Positions 9,379-17,824 of a stretch of 64,000 nucleotides of DNA are shown here, piece by piece. Origin of the DNA: an uncultured Clostridia bacterium (lineage in GTDB: Bacteria; Bacillota; Clostridia; Oscillospirales; Ruminococcaceae); contig CALATN010000218.1 of assembly GCA_937891895.1 (NCBI GenBank), positions 7,081 through 71,080 on the forward strand, in the 5' to 3' direction. How positions within the stretch are numbered: position 1 is the first letter of the stretch; each line of letters opens with the position of its first letter. The translations under genes and the position numbers were made by a program. The notes beneath the pieces were generated by a model. That model saw only the letters and a program-made list of their open reading frames with translations, did not search any database and was not told the origin of the DNA.

Positions 9379-10008
9379 ATGCTGGATTTGACAAGAGGAC
9401 AGTTCGTTAAACACGTAATTACTCACCCTTTTGAGGGCTTTGAGGATCTCCGCTGGAAAAAAGCGGGCTCTATGGGAATTGCATTCTTCGTAGTATGCCT
9501 CCTTTTTGTTCAGCAGGTTGCTTACAGCAGACTTTACGGTTTCCAGTATTACTCTGATTATGATAAGATTTTTAATATTGTACCTTACATTTTCAAGAGT
9601 TTTATTCTCTTTGGTACATGGGTAGTTGCTAACTGGGCAATGTGTACTCTCTTTGACGGAGAGGGCACAATGAAGAATATCTTCATCAACTCAGCTTATG
9701 CGCTTATCCCTTACATTTCAGGTTATCTTATCGGTACAGTAATGTCCCATTTCCTTATTCAGGACGAATACGTATTTATCCAGGCTATCGAAATCATCGG
9801 TACTTGCTGGAGCTTCGTTCTTCTTATTTCGGGAATAAAGGCTGTACACCAGTTCACATTCGGAAAGACAATAGCGCTGATGCTGCTGACTATTGTGGCA
9901 ATGATTGCTATTCTGTTCCTGCTCGTACTTCTTCTTACACTGTTCCAGCAGGTACTTATCTTTATTCTTTCCATCTACACAGAACTGTCTTACAGGTTCA
10001 GAGTTTAA
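9379..10008 (+). CDS. Yip1-domain-like multi-pass membrane protein
   Basis: ATG 9379 lies 1 nt after the upstream stop. About five hydrophobic helices follow a short cytoplasmic N-terminus (MLDLTRGQFVKHVITHPFEGFEDLRWKK). The family assignment is from memory of similar loci. Confidence 0.6.
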   Translation: MLDLTRGQFVKHVITHPFEGFEDLRWKKAGSMGIAFFVVCLLFVQQVAYSRLYGFQYYSDYDKIFNIVPYIFKSFILFGTWVVANWAMCTLFDGEGTMKNIFINSAYALIPYISGYLIGTVMSHFLIQDEYVFIQAIEIIGTCWSFVLLISGIKAVHQFTFGKTIALMLLTIVAMIAILFLLVLLLTLFQQVLIFILSIYTELSYRFRV

Positions 10009-10040
10009 AATACTAAAAACGAAAAGTGGTGAAATAACGA

Positions 10041-12338
10041 ATGCAGAAAAGGTTTAAAAAGCTGATTGCCTGCCTTTGCTGTCTGGCTATGATGGTTCCG
10101 CTGTGCGCTTTCCCTGCAACTGCTGAGGACGCACCTGCAACTGAAGAAGCTGCTGCTTCCGAGGAAGCTGCTGAATCAGGGGAAACATATGCTATGGACC
10201 CTGAGGAACCTCTGATTACAGATGAACAGGCATTGGCTGAAATGGAGCTTGCTACTGAAAACAGTAAAATGGCTCTGTACTACAATAAAAAGGGTCAGAT
10301 TGCTCTTGTTGATAAGGCAACAGGAGAAGTATGGTGGTCTAACCCTATAAATGTTGACGCTGCGGCAGGTAAGGCTGCTCAGAAGACAAAGCTGAAGTCC
10401 TCTATGTCTATGACTTTCGCTCAGCCTTCAAAGAGAAGCACTACTGCACAGAACAGCTCAGACCAGAAGGTTAAGTGCAAAATCAAGGTAAAGAAGAATT
10501 CTGACGGACTCGACATTACCTATGATTACGGCAACGCAGAAATTTCCGTTCCTGTAAAGGTTACTCTCAAGGACGACTACCTCAGCGTAAGCGTTGACAC
10601 AGCAGGAATTGTTGAAAGCAACAGCGATAAGATTGTAACAAACCTTATTATGATGGGTGCTTTCGGTGCTGCTGAGCCTGATGAAACAGGCTATTTCGTT
10701 ATTCCTGACGGAAGCGGCGCACTTATCAACTTCAACAACAATAAGATGAACTACAAGACTTACAAGGGTCAGGTTTACGGCAGAAATGTTACAGTTGTTG
10801 AAACAACAAAGCCTGCTGTAACTCAGAACGTTTATCTTCCTATGTACGGCATCGTTAAGGGCAACAGCGGTATGATGGTTGTTGCTGACAAGGGCGATAC
10901 TTGTGCAACAATCAATGCGTACACAAGAGGTCAGGAAAAGACCAGTTACAACGCTTGTTATTTTGATTTCGAAATCAGAACAGATGACGAATACCTTATG
11001 GGCGGCGACGCTAACCCGCTTGCCGTTTATGAAAAGAGAGGCATTCTTGTTCCTGAAATCGAGGTAAGATACTACCCTGTATCCAATTCCGACAAGTCTG
11101 AAGTTGACTATGTTGATATCGCAGATACATACAGAGATTACCTTACAAAGGAACAGGGCGTTACAAAGTCCGCAGCTGCTGACAAGTCTGCTCTCTATGT
11201 TGACTTTTACGGTGCTGTTATGAAGCAGGAAACTGTTCTCGGTCTTCCTGTTATGATGCAGCACGAAACAACCTCCTTCGAGGAAGCAAAGACAATCCTT
11301 GAAAAGCTCAAGGAGCTTGGTGTTGATGATATCGTTGCAAACTATAATCAGTGGACAACTGACGACATCAAGGAAAAGGTTGCAGATGACGCTAAGCCTG
11401 CTTCAAAGCTTGGCGGCAAGAAGGATTTCAAGGCGCTCAAGGCTTATGCTGAAGAAAACGGTATTGCTCTTTATCCTGCTGTTGATAACCTTACATTCGA
11501 GTCAGGCAACGGTTATTTCACAATGACCGATACAGCAATCAGAGTTTCCAATGCTTACTCCAGACAGATTGAATACGACCTCAACCACGGTGTTGAAAAC
11601 AAGTTCTATGACGCAATTTCCCTTCTCAGCCCAAGAAAGTATGAGAAGATGTTCAAGAGCCTTACCAAGAGCTACTCCAAGGCAGGTATTGACAATATTT
11701 CTCTGGGCAGTGCCACAACCGTTATCTACGGCGACTATGGCAAGAAGTCCGTTTCAAGAGAAATGTTCAAGTACAACCTCCAGAGCTACCTCGAAGAAAT
11801 GAAGGGTTCAATCGGTTCAATTCTTGCAGACGGAGCAAATGCTTACGTTCTCAAGTATGTTGACCACGTTTCGAATATTCCTCTCAACTCCAGCAAGTTT
11901 GATATTTTTGATCAGGAAATTCCTTTCTATCAGATTGTTATGAGCGGTGTAAAGCCTGTTTCCACAACTGCTGTAAACGGCGACGCTCAGGTTGCTGAGC
12001 TTGTTCTCCGTGCAATTGCATCAGGAACAAACCTCAGATTTGACCTTCTTGCTGAAACTGCTGACGAGTTGAAGGATACACGTTACGACAAGTATTACTA
12101 CGCTAACTATGAGTACTGGGTTGAAGATGCTGCTGCTTGCTACAAGTTTGCTGATGAAATTCTTTCCAAGACCGCGGGCTCAACAATTACCGAATACAAT
12201 GTTCTTTCCGAAACAAAGATTGAAACAGTTTACGAAAACGGCACAAAGACAATTGTTGACCTTGAAGCAAGAACTGTTGATGTAAACGGTAAAAAGGTAA
12301 GCATTTATGACTACATCGGAAAGGAGGTAATCGGCTGA
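10041..12338 (+). CDS. large secreted protein, DUF5696-like (possible glycoside-hydrolase-like fold)
   Basis: Signal peptide KLIACLCCLAMMVPLCAFPATA followed by an acidic linker. 765 aa with no catalytic motif I can name. The family assignment is from recollection of co-occurrence with Yip1 and ABC genes. Confidence 0.6.
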   Translation: MQKRFKKLIACLCCLAMMVPLCAFPATAEDAPATEEAAASEEAAESGETYAMDPEEPLITDEQALAEMELATENSKMALYYNKKGQIALVDKATGEVWWSNPINVDAAAGKAAQKTKLKSSMSMTFAQPSKRSTTAQNSSDQKVKCKIKVKKNSDGLDITYDYGNAEISVPVKVTLKDDYLSVSVDTAGIVESNSDKIVTNLIMMGAFGAAEPDETGYFVIPDGSGALINFNNNKMNYKTYKGQVYGRNVTVVETTKPAVTQNVYLPMYGIVKGNSGMMVVADKGDTCATINAYTRGQEKTSYNACYFDFEIRTDDEYLMGGDANPLAVYEKRGILVPEIEVRYYPVSNSDKSEVDYVDIADTYRDYLTKEQGVTKSAAADKSALYVDFYGAVMKQETVLGLPVMMQHETTSFEEAKTILEKLKELGVDDIVANYNQWTTDDIKEKVADDAKPASKLGGKKDFKALKAYAEENGIALYPAVDNLTFESGNGYFTMTDTAIRVSNAYSRQIEYDLNHGVENKFYDAISLLSPRKYEKMFKSLTKSYSKAGIDNISLGSATTVIYGDYGKKSVSREMFKYNLQSYLEEMKGSIGSILADGANAYVLKYVDHVSNIPLNSSKFDIFDQEIPFYQIVMSGVKPVSTTAVNGDAQVAELVLRAIASGTNLRFDLLAETADELKDTRYDKYYYANYEYWVEDAAACYKFADEILSKTAGSTITEYNVLSETKIETVYENGTKTIVDLEARTVDVNGKKVSIYDYIGKEVIG

Positions 12339-13273
12339 TGACAAGTCTTCGCAATATGTCCTATGAAAAGAAAAAGGGTCTTTATGGCTACGGCTTTATC
12401 GCACTCTGGTTTATCGGTGCACTGATGTTCTTCATCATCCCGCTGTTTGAGTCGTTTTACTACTCCTTTCATGAAGTAACACCTGAAACAGGTTATATGA
12501 ATATCAAGCCGCTGGTTGAAAGATTCGGCGGTGAGGAAAAGACAAACATTTTCCTTAACTATAAGAACGCTTTTATGACTGACCCTAACTACCGTCAGTA
12601 CCTTATTGAGGTTCTCGGTGATATGGCGCTCAATCTCCCGATTATCGTAATCTTCTCGCTTTTTGTAGCGATTATCATCAATCAGAAGTTCAAGGGAAGA
12701 ACTTTTGCAAGAGCTGTATTCTTCCTCCCTGTAATCATTGCAACAGGTCCTGTTTATGCAATCATCACAGGCGACCTTGACACAGGAGGAAACAGCGATG
12801 CTGCTCAGTTCTCCACAATGTTTGAGGCCGATATGGTTGACCAGCTGCTGGAATTTATAGGTGTATACGGTTTTGGTACGAAATTCACAGAGCTGCTTAC
12901 AACAATTACTTCCGACATCCTTAACCTTGTTTGGAAGTGTGGTATTCAGATTCTTATCTTCCTTTCCGCACTCCAGGGCATTCCTTCCTCTGCTAAGGAA
13001 GCTGCCGCTATCGAGGGTGCAACATCATGGGAATTCTTCTGGAAGATTACTCTTCCTTACATTTCCCCTATGATTCTCGTTAACATCGTTTATACAGTTG
13101 TTGACACATTTACTGATCCGACCAACCAGGTAATGGAACGTCTGCTCAGTGTACAGAGCGAATGGAAATACGGTTATTCCGCTGCTATGGCGTGGAGCTA
13201 CTTCGGTATTGTACTTGTAGTTCTGGGTATTATCTTCGCAGTTATGAACAAGCTCGTCTGGTACGACGATTAA
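12338..13273 (+). CDS. carbohydrate ABC transporter permease (MalF type), pair 2
   Basis: The ATG overlaps the upstream TGA (CTGATGA). EAA loop EAAAIEGATSWEFFWKITLPYISP. Confidence 0.85.
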   Translation: MTSLRNMSYEKKKGLYGYGFIALWFIGALMFFIIPLFESFYYSFHEVTPETGYMNIKPLVERFGGEEKTNIFLNYKNAFMTDPNYRQYLIEVLGDMALNLPIIVIFSLFVAIIINQKFKGRTFARAVFFLPVIIATGPVYAIITGDLDTGGNSDAAQFSTMFEADMVDQLLEFIGVYGFGTKFTELLTTITSDILNLVWKCGIQILIFLSALQGIPSSAKEAAAIEGATSWEFFWKITLPYISPMILVNIVYTVVDTFTDPTNQVMERLLSVQSEWKYGYSAAMAWSYFGIVLVVLGIIFAVMNKLVWYDD

Positions 13274-13288
13274 GGAGGGGAGAAATTT

Positions 13289-14368
13289 ATGGCATCTACA
13301 ATGGCAAAGGGTTTCTCTCCCTTCAAGAAAAAAGAGAAGGAGCCTACTCTCAGCGATGTTAAGCTGACACGTAGAGAAAAAAGAGAGCGTTTCAAGAAAA
13401 GACTTGAATGCCTCACTCCTGAGGAACAGAGATATCTGAAGCGTAAGCAGTTTATGGATGCGGTATGGCCTGTGTTCAGAGCAGTAATCGTATTTGGTCT
13501 TTGCTTCATCATTCTTTATCCTCTTATCTTCATGGTTTCCACAGCAATCCGTACAAGAGCGGATATGAATGACCCTACAGTAATGTGGATTCCAAAGCAT
13601 GTTACGTTTACAAACATTACTGACGTTGTAAAGGCGATTAACTTCTGGGATATTCTCGGCAACACCCTTGTTCTTAACATTGGCTGTTCCATAATTCAGG
13701 TTATTACCTGTGCAATCACAGGCTACGGCTTTGCACGTTACGAATTCAAGGGCAAGAAGCTTCTGTTCTTCATTGTAATTTTGATGATTCTTGTTCCGCC
13801 GCAGATTATTCTTATTCCTCAGTATAAGTTCTTCCGTTACTTCAATCCACTGGGTATCTGGAAGCTTATCACAGGAAGCACAATCAGCCTTATCGATACA
13901 CCGCTTACAATGTATCTCCCTGCGTTGACTGCAAATGGTCTGCGTGCAGGTCTGTTCATATTCCTGTTCAGACAGTCCTTCAAGGGCTTACCTAAGGAGC
14001 TTGAGGACGCAGCTGCACTTGACGGCTGTACACCTCTTGAAACCTTCATTAAGGTAATGATTCCTAACGCAGGCTCTACATTCCTTACAGTATTCCTGTT
14101 CTCAATTGTTTGGTACTGGAATGACTATTACGTATCAACATCGTTCTTTGTTAACAACAAGACGATTGCGCTGGAGCTCAAGAACCTGGATACAAACCTC
14201 AAGGTTCTCCTCTTCGGTGATGCTAATGCACAGGTTAACATCCGTGAGCTTATCGTATGGATGGAATCCGCTTGTCTGATTTCCATTCTGCCGATACTCG
14301 TGCTGTATGTTTGCTTGCAGAAGCACTTCACAGAAGGTATCGCACGTTCCGGTCTTACAGGTATGTAA
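13289..14368 (+). CDS. carbohydrate ABC transporter permease (MalG type), pair 2, with basic ~60-aa N-terminal extension
   Basis: RBS AAGGAGGGG. EAA loop DAAALDGCTPLETFIKVMIPNAGS. N-terminus is KKKEKEPTLSDVKLTRREKRERFKKRLE. Confidence 0.85.
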   Translation: MASTMAKGFSPFKKKEKEPTLSDVKLTRREKRERFKKRLECLTPEEQRYLKRKQFMDAVWPVFRAVIVFGLCFIILYPLIFMVSTAIRTRADMNDPTVMWIPKHVTFTNITDVVKAINFWDILGNTLVLNIGCSIIQVITCAITGYGFARYEFKGKKLLFFIVILMILVPPQIILIPQYKFFRYFNPLGIWKLITGSTISLIDTPLTMYLPALTANGLRAGLFIFLFRQSFKGLPKELEDAAALDGCTPLETFIKVMIPNAGSTFLTVFLFSIVWYWNDYYVSTSFFVNNKTIALELKNLDTNLKVLLFGDANAQVNIRELIVWMESACLISILPILVLYVCLQKHFTEGIARSGLTGM

Positions 14369-14370
14369 AA

Positions 14371-14401
14371 TACAAAACAAAAGCAGAGCTTTTGTTTTGT
14401 A
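14371..14401 (+). terminator. intrinsic terminator 1 of ABC-like locus
   Basis: 14-bp stem TACAAAACAAAAGC / GCTTTTGTTTTGTA. Confidence 0.75.
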
Positions 14402-14404
14402 TCC

Positions 14405-14440
14405 AAGAATCAGAAAGCTTATGCTTTCTGATTCTTTTTT
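14405..14440 (+). terminator. intrinsic terminator 2 (tandem)
   Basis: 14-bp stem AAGAATCAGAAAGC / GCTTTCTGATTCTT followed by TTTTT. Confidence 0.85.
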
Positions 14441-14640
14441 ATCCCGAATTGCGTGGCAATTTTCTCATATATAGCTGATCTGAAACAGAAAGCAAGGCTT
14501 TCCGTTTCTTTTATGTTATCTTCAATTGAAACTGAGTTGCAATTTTCTCTTATATAATAAATCAAAACCGACTTTGGCTGTATGTCAAGGTCGGTTTTGG
14601 TTTACAATTATTTTATGTGGCTAAAAAATCCAGAAAATTG

Positions 14641-14669
14641 TTGAAAAGCTCAAGAAAATATGATATAAT
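14641..14669 (+). promoter_or_regulatory. sigma-A type promoter of thyA (TTGAAA-17-TATAAT, TGn extended)
   Basis: -35 at 14641-14646 and -10 at 14664-14669, preceded by TGA. Confidence 0.6.
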
Positions 14670-14725
14670 ATATGTAATTATTTTTATTATGGGGTAAGTG
14701 TGCCCTATCGGGAAGGAAGTCGTTT

Positions 14726-15556
14726 ATGAGCCGTGCTGATGAAATTTTTATTGATACCGTGAGGGACATCCTCGAGAACGGCGTTTCCGACGCTGATATG
14801 GACGTGCGTCCGAAGTGGGCTGACGGTACTCCTGCCCATACAATCAAAAAGTTCGGTGTTGTAAACCGCTATAATCTTGCGGAGGAATTTCCGATTATGA
14901 CTCTCCGCAGAACTTTTCTCAAAACCGCTGTAAAAGAGCTTCTCTGGATCTGGCAGAAGAAGTCCAACAATATAAACGAGCTTGACGCACACATCTGGGA
15001 CAGCTGGGCGGACGAAAACGGCTCAATCGGCAAGGCTTACGGCTATCAGCTTGGTGTTAAGCACCACTATCCCGAAGGGGATATGGACCAGGTTGACCGT
15101 GTGCTGTACGATTTGAAGCACAACCCCGCAAGCCGCCGTATTATGACAAATATCTACAATCACCACGATTTATCCGAAATGGGTCTGTATCCCTGTGCTT
15201 ACAGTATGACCTTCAACGTAAGCGGCGGAAAGCTGAATGCTATTCTCAATCAGCGTTCACAGGATATGCTTGCGGCGAACAACTGGAATATCTGTCAGTA
15301 CGCAGTGCTTGTACATATGATTGCGCAGGTAAGCGGACTTGAAGCAGGGGAGCTTGTGCACGTTATTGCCGACGCTCACATTTATGACAGACACGTTCCG
15401 ATTATAAAGGAAATTATCGAAAAGAAGCCTTTTGAGGCGCCTAAGTTTACGCTGGACAAGTCGGTTACGGATTTCTACAAGTTCACCGCTGACAGCTTTA
15501 CTCTTGAAAATTATGAGTATCACAAAGAGGACATCAAATTCGAAGTCGCAATCTAA
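14726..15556 (+). CDS. thyA: thymidylate synthase (ThyA; resembles the B. subtilis ThyA / phage phi3T-type subfamily)
   Basis: GTPAHT..., KELLWIWQ, NPASRRIM, active-site region LYPCAYSMTFNV, NQRSQDM, and C-terminal FEVAI. Collinear with my memory of B. subtilis ThyA. Confidence 0.9.
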   Translation: MSRADEIFIDTVRDILENGVSDADMDVRPKWADGTPAHTIKKFGVVNRYNLAEEFPIMTLRRTFLKTAVKELLWIWQKKSNNINELDAHIWDSWADENGSIGKAYGYQLGVKHHYPEGDMDQVDRVLYDLKHNPASRRIMTNIYNHHDLSEMGLYPCAYSMTFNVSGGKLNAILNQRSQDMLAANNWNICQYAVLVHMIAQVSGLEAGELVHVIADAHIYDRHVPIIKEIIEKKPFEAPKFTLDKSVTDFYKFTADSFTLENYEYHKEDIKFEVAI

Positions 15557-15628
15557 AAACGAACGCAAGCGTTCGTTTCCGAGTTTTATTTTTCTCACTA
15601 AAGTGAGAAATTTTGCACAAGTGCAAAA
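15557..15628. repeat. three head-to-tail short hairpins between thyA and folA
   Basis: AAACGAACG-CAAG-CGTTCGTTT (15557-15578), TTTCTCAC-TAAA-GTGAGAAA (15591-15610) and TTTTGCA-CAAG-TGCAAAA (15611-15628). Confidence 0.8.
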
Positions 15629-15676
15629 CCATAAAACGTCGGTGTTTTCATTAAACTCAACTTAAAGGAGAAACCT

Positions 15677-16165
15677 ATGATTACTGCAATAGCCGCTGTA
15701 AGCGGAAACTGGGGTATAGGAAAGGGCGGCGATTTGCTGTTTCACATACCCGAGGATATGAAATTTTTCCGTATGACTACCCTTAACCACAACGTTGTTA
15801 TGGGCAGAAAAACTCTGGAGTCCTTCCCAAATGGGAAGCCCCTGAAAAACCGCACAAATATCGTGCTTTCCCAAAATCCCGATTTTGCACCCGAGGATGT
15901 TGTGGTCTGCAGAAGCGTGGAGGAAGCGGTTGGTTATATGAACCAGCACGATGACGAAGACTTCATCTGCGGCGGCGGTGAGATTTACAAGGCTTTCCTG
16001 CCATATTGCAGCAAGGCGCTTATCACAAAGGTTGAAGCAACTCCCGAGGCGGACACATTCTTCCCAAATCTTGACGAGGACGAAAACTGGCTTCTTACTG
16101 AGCAGTCCGAGGTTTTCGACCACGAGGGGATAAAGTTCCGTTTCTGTACTTATACTCGAAAGTAA
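15677..16165 (+). CDS. folA: dihydrofolate reductase
   Basis: IAAVSGNWGIGKGGDLLFHIPEDMKFFRMTT...VVMGRKTLESF. 162 aa, RBS AAAGGAG. Confidence 0.9.
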   Translation: MITAIAAVSGNWGIGKGGDLLFHIPEDMKFFRMTTLNHNVVMGRKTLESFPNGKPLKNRTNIVLSQNPDFAPEDVVVCRSVEEAVGYMNQHDDEDFICGGGEIYKAFLPYCSKALITKVEATPEADTFFPNLDEDENWLLTEQSEVFDHEGIKFRFCTYTRK

Positions 16166-16195
16166 CAGACATTAACAAAAGAATGGAGTAAATTT

Positions 16196-16921
16196 ATGGA
16201 CGAGCTTTTACAGCTGAAAAACTGGCTTGCTGAGTCGGAAAATATCGTATTTTTCGGCGGCGCAGGCGTTTCCACGGAAAGCGGCATACCCGATTTCAGA
16301 AGCGTTGACGGACTTTACAATCAGAAATACAAGTATCCTCCCGAAACAATTCTCAGCAGAACATTCTACTGCAACAATCTTTCCGATTTCTACGAATTTT
16401 ACCGTGACAAGCTTCTTTACCTTAATGCAAAGCCGAACAAGGCGCATCTTGCCCTTGCAAAGCTGGAGCAGATGGGCAAGCTTAAAGCGGTTGTAACACA
16501 GAATATTGATGGTCTGCATTACGCGGCGGGAAGTAAAGTTGTGTATGAGCTTCACGGCTCGGTGCACAGAAACTACTGCCTGCGCTGTGGAAAAATGCAC
16601 GATGCCGAATACATAAAGAGCCTTGACGGACCTCCGCCCTGCACGGACTGCGGCGGACTTGTAAAGCCTGACGTTGTGCTTTACGAGGAGGGTCTGAACA
16701 GCGAGATTGTCAACGGTGCAATCGAGGCAATCAAGGCGGCTGATATGCTGATTATCGGCGGCACGTCCCTGTCGGTTTACCCCGCAAGCGGATATATCGA
16801 TTACTATACAGGCAACAAGCTTGTGCTTATCAACAAGACCCCGACCGAAAAGGATGACCGTGCCGATTTGCTTATTCACGGCAGTATCGGCGAGGTGCTG
16901 GGTGTTGTGGACGAATTATAA
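16196..16921 (+). CDS. cobB: NAD-dependent protein deacylase (Sir2/CobB family)
   Basis: GAGVSTESGIPDFRS, QNIDGLH, ELHGS, and a CxxC...CxxC zinc ribbon (CLRCGK...CTDCGG). Confidence 0.85.
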   Translation: MDELLQLKNWLAESENIVFFGGAGVSTESGIPDFRSVDGLYNQKYKYPPETILSRTFYCNNLSDFYEFYRDKLLYLNAKPNKAHLALAKLEQMGKLKAVVTQNIDGLHYAAGSKVVYELHGSVHRNYCLRCGKMHDAEYIKSLDGPPPCTDCGGLVKPDVVLYEEGLNSEIVNGAIEAIKAADMLIIGGTSLSVYPASGYIDYYTGNKLVLINKTPTEKDDRADLLIHGSIGEVLGVVDEL

Positions 16922-16939
16922 TGGTGAAAGAGTGACAAT

Positions 16940-17824
16940 ATGAAAAGATTTTTTGCAATTCTGCTTTCGGCAATGGTTTTGACAGCTTGCTCCGAAAAGG
17001 GAGAGGTTGCTGTTGAGGAGATTACGGCAACGGAGGCTGTTGCCGAGGAAGTAACTACTGTAACAACTGAGGAAACAACAGCTTCTGCTACAGAAACAAA
17101 AGCGGAGGAAACGACTGCCGAAACTACAGCTGAAACAGAAGAAAGCACAACAGCGGAAACAGCTGCACAAATCAAAGGCGGTACTTATGCCGCTGACAAG
17201 GACTCAATTGTGGGGACTTGGTACGCGATTGACAGCGAGGGGGTAGGTGAAGTTTGCTGGACATTCAGCGAGGACGGAACGTTTACGGCTTCTGATGGTT
17301 CGGAGCAGGAAACAGGTACATACACTATTGACAACGGCTTGATGGAGCTTACATATACAGATGAGGACGAGCCTTTTATTCAATCCCATAAAACGGTTGT
17401 TGACGAGGGCGTGCTCATTTTTGCTATGGAAGGACTTAACACAGAGCTGATAAGAGAGGAATATATTCCATACGAAGCGGGGCAGTCCGTTTATGACTAC
17501 TTTGACGATGACGACTGGCTTTCCTATCCGGTTTTTATGTCGAGAGAGAAAGCTGTTTTGGCTGAACAGAAAGATATCCTCGGAAAGTGGATTGCAACGG
17601 AGTGCGACGAGGTTGTCGGCACAATGCTTTGCGAAGAAAACAGTATTACAATGATAGATGGCGATTACGAGGAAACAATGCCCGTGATACTGAAAAACGG
17701 AGTTATGACCGCTGTGGGTGAAATTCCCGAAAATGTGAGTTACAGCGACGTGCCGATGTATTTATGCGGCGGAAAGCTTTATATGTTTGAAGATGAATTT
17801 CCGATAATAATTGAAAGAGAATGA
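16940..17824 (+). CDS. lipoprotein of unknown function with T/E-rich linker
   Basis: Lipobox MKRFFAILLSAMVLTAC followed by a TEETTA-type low-complexity linker. Confidence 0.7.
   Translation: MKRFFAILLSAMVLTACSEKGEVAVEEITATEAVAEEVTTVTTEETTASATETKAEETTAETTAETEESTTAETAAQIKGGTYAADKDSIVGTWYAIDSEGVGEVCWTFSEDGTFTASDGSEQETGTYTIDNGLMELTYTDEDEPFIQSHKTVVDEGVLIFAMEGLNTELIREEYIPYEAGQSVYDYFDDDDWLSYPVFMSREKAVLAEQKDILGKWIATECDEVVGTMLCEENSITMIDGDYEETMPVILKNGVMTAVGEIPENVSYSDVPMYLCGGKLYMFEDEFPIIIERE

Noticed and set aside
14726-16165. thyA-folA as phage-derived cargo, because ThyA is of the B. subtilis ThyA/phi3T-like subfamily
   Set aside because: No integrase, repeats or other phage genes flank the pair. 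It has an ordinary promoter, and this ThyA subfamily is also chromosomal in many Firmicutes.
16196-16921. Sir2-domain protein as an anti-phage defence effector (Thoeris/DSR-like)
   Set aside because: It is a short (241 aa) CobB-type sirtuin with the GAGxSxxSGIPDFR motif and a zinc ribbon. It has no fused sensor domain and no ThsB/TIR or other defence partner. It sits with the NAD biosynthesis gene nadC.
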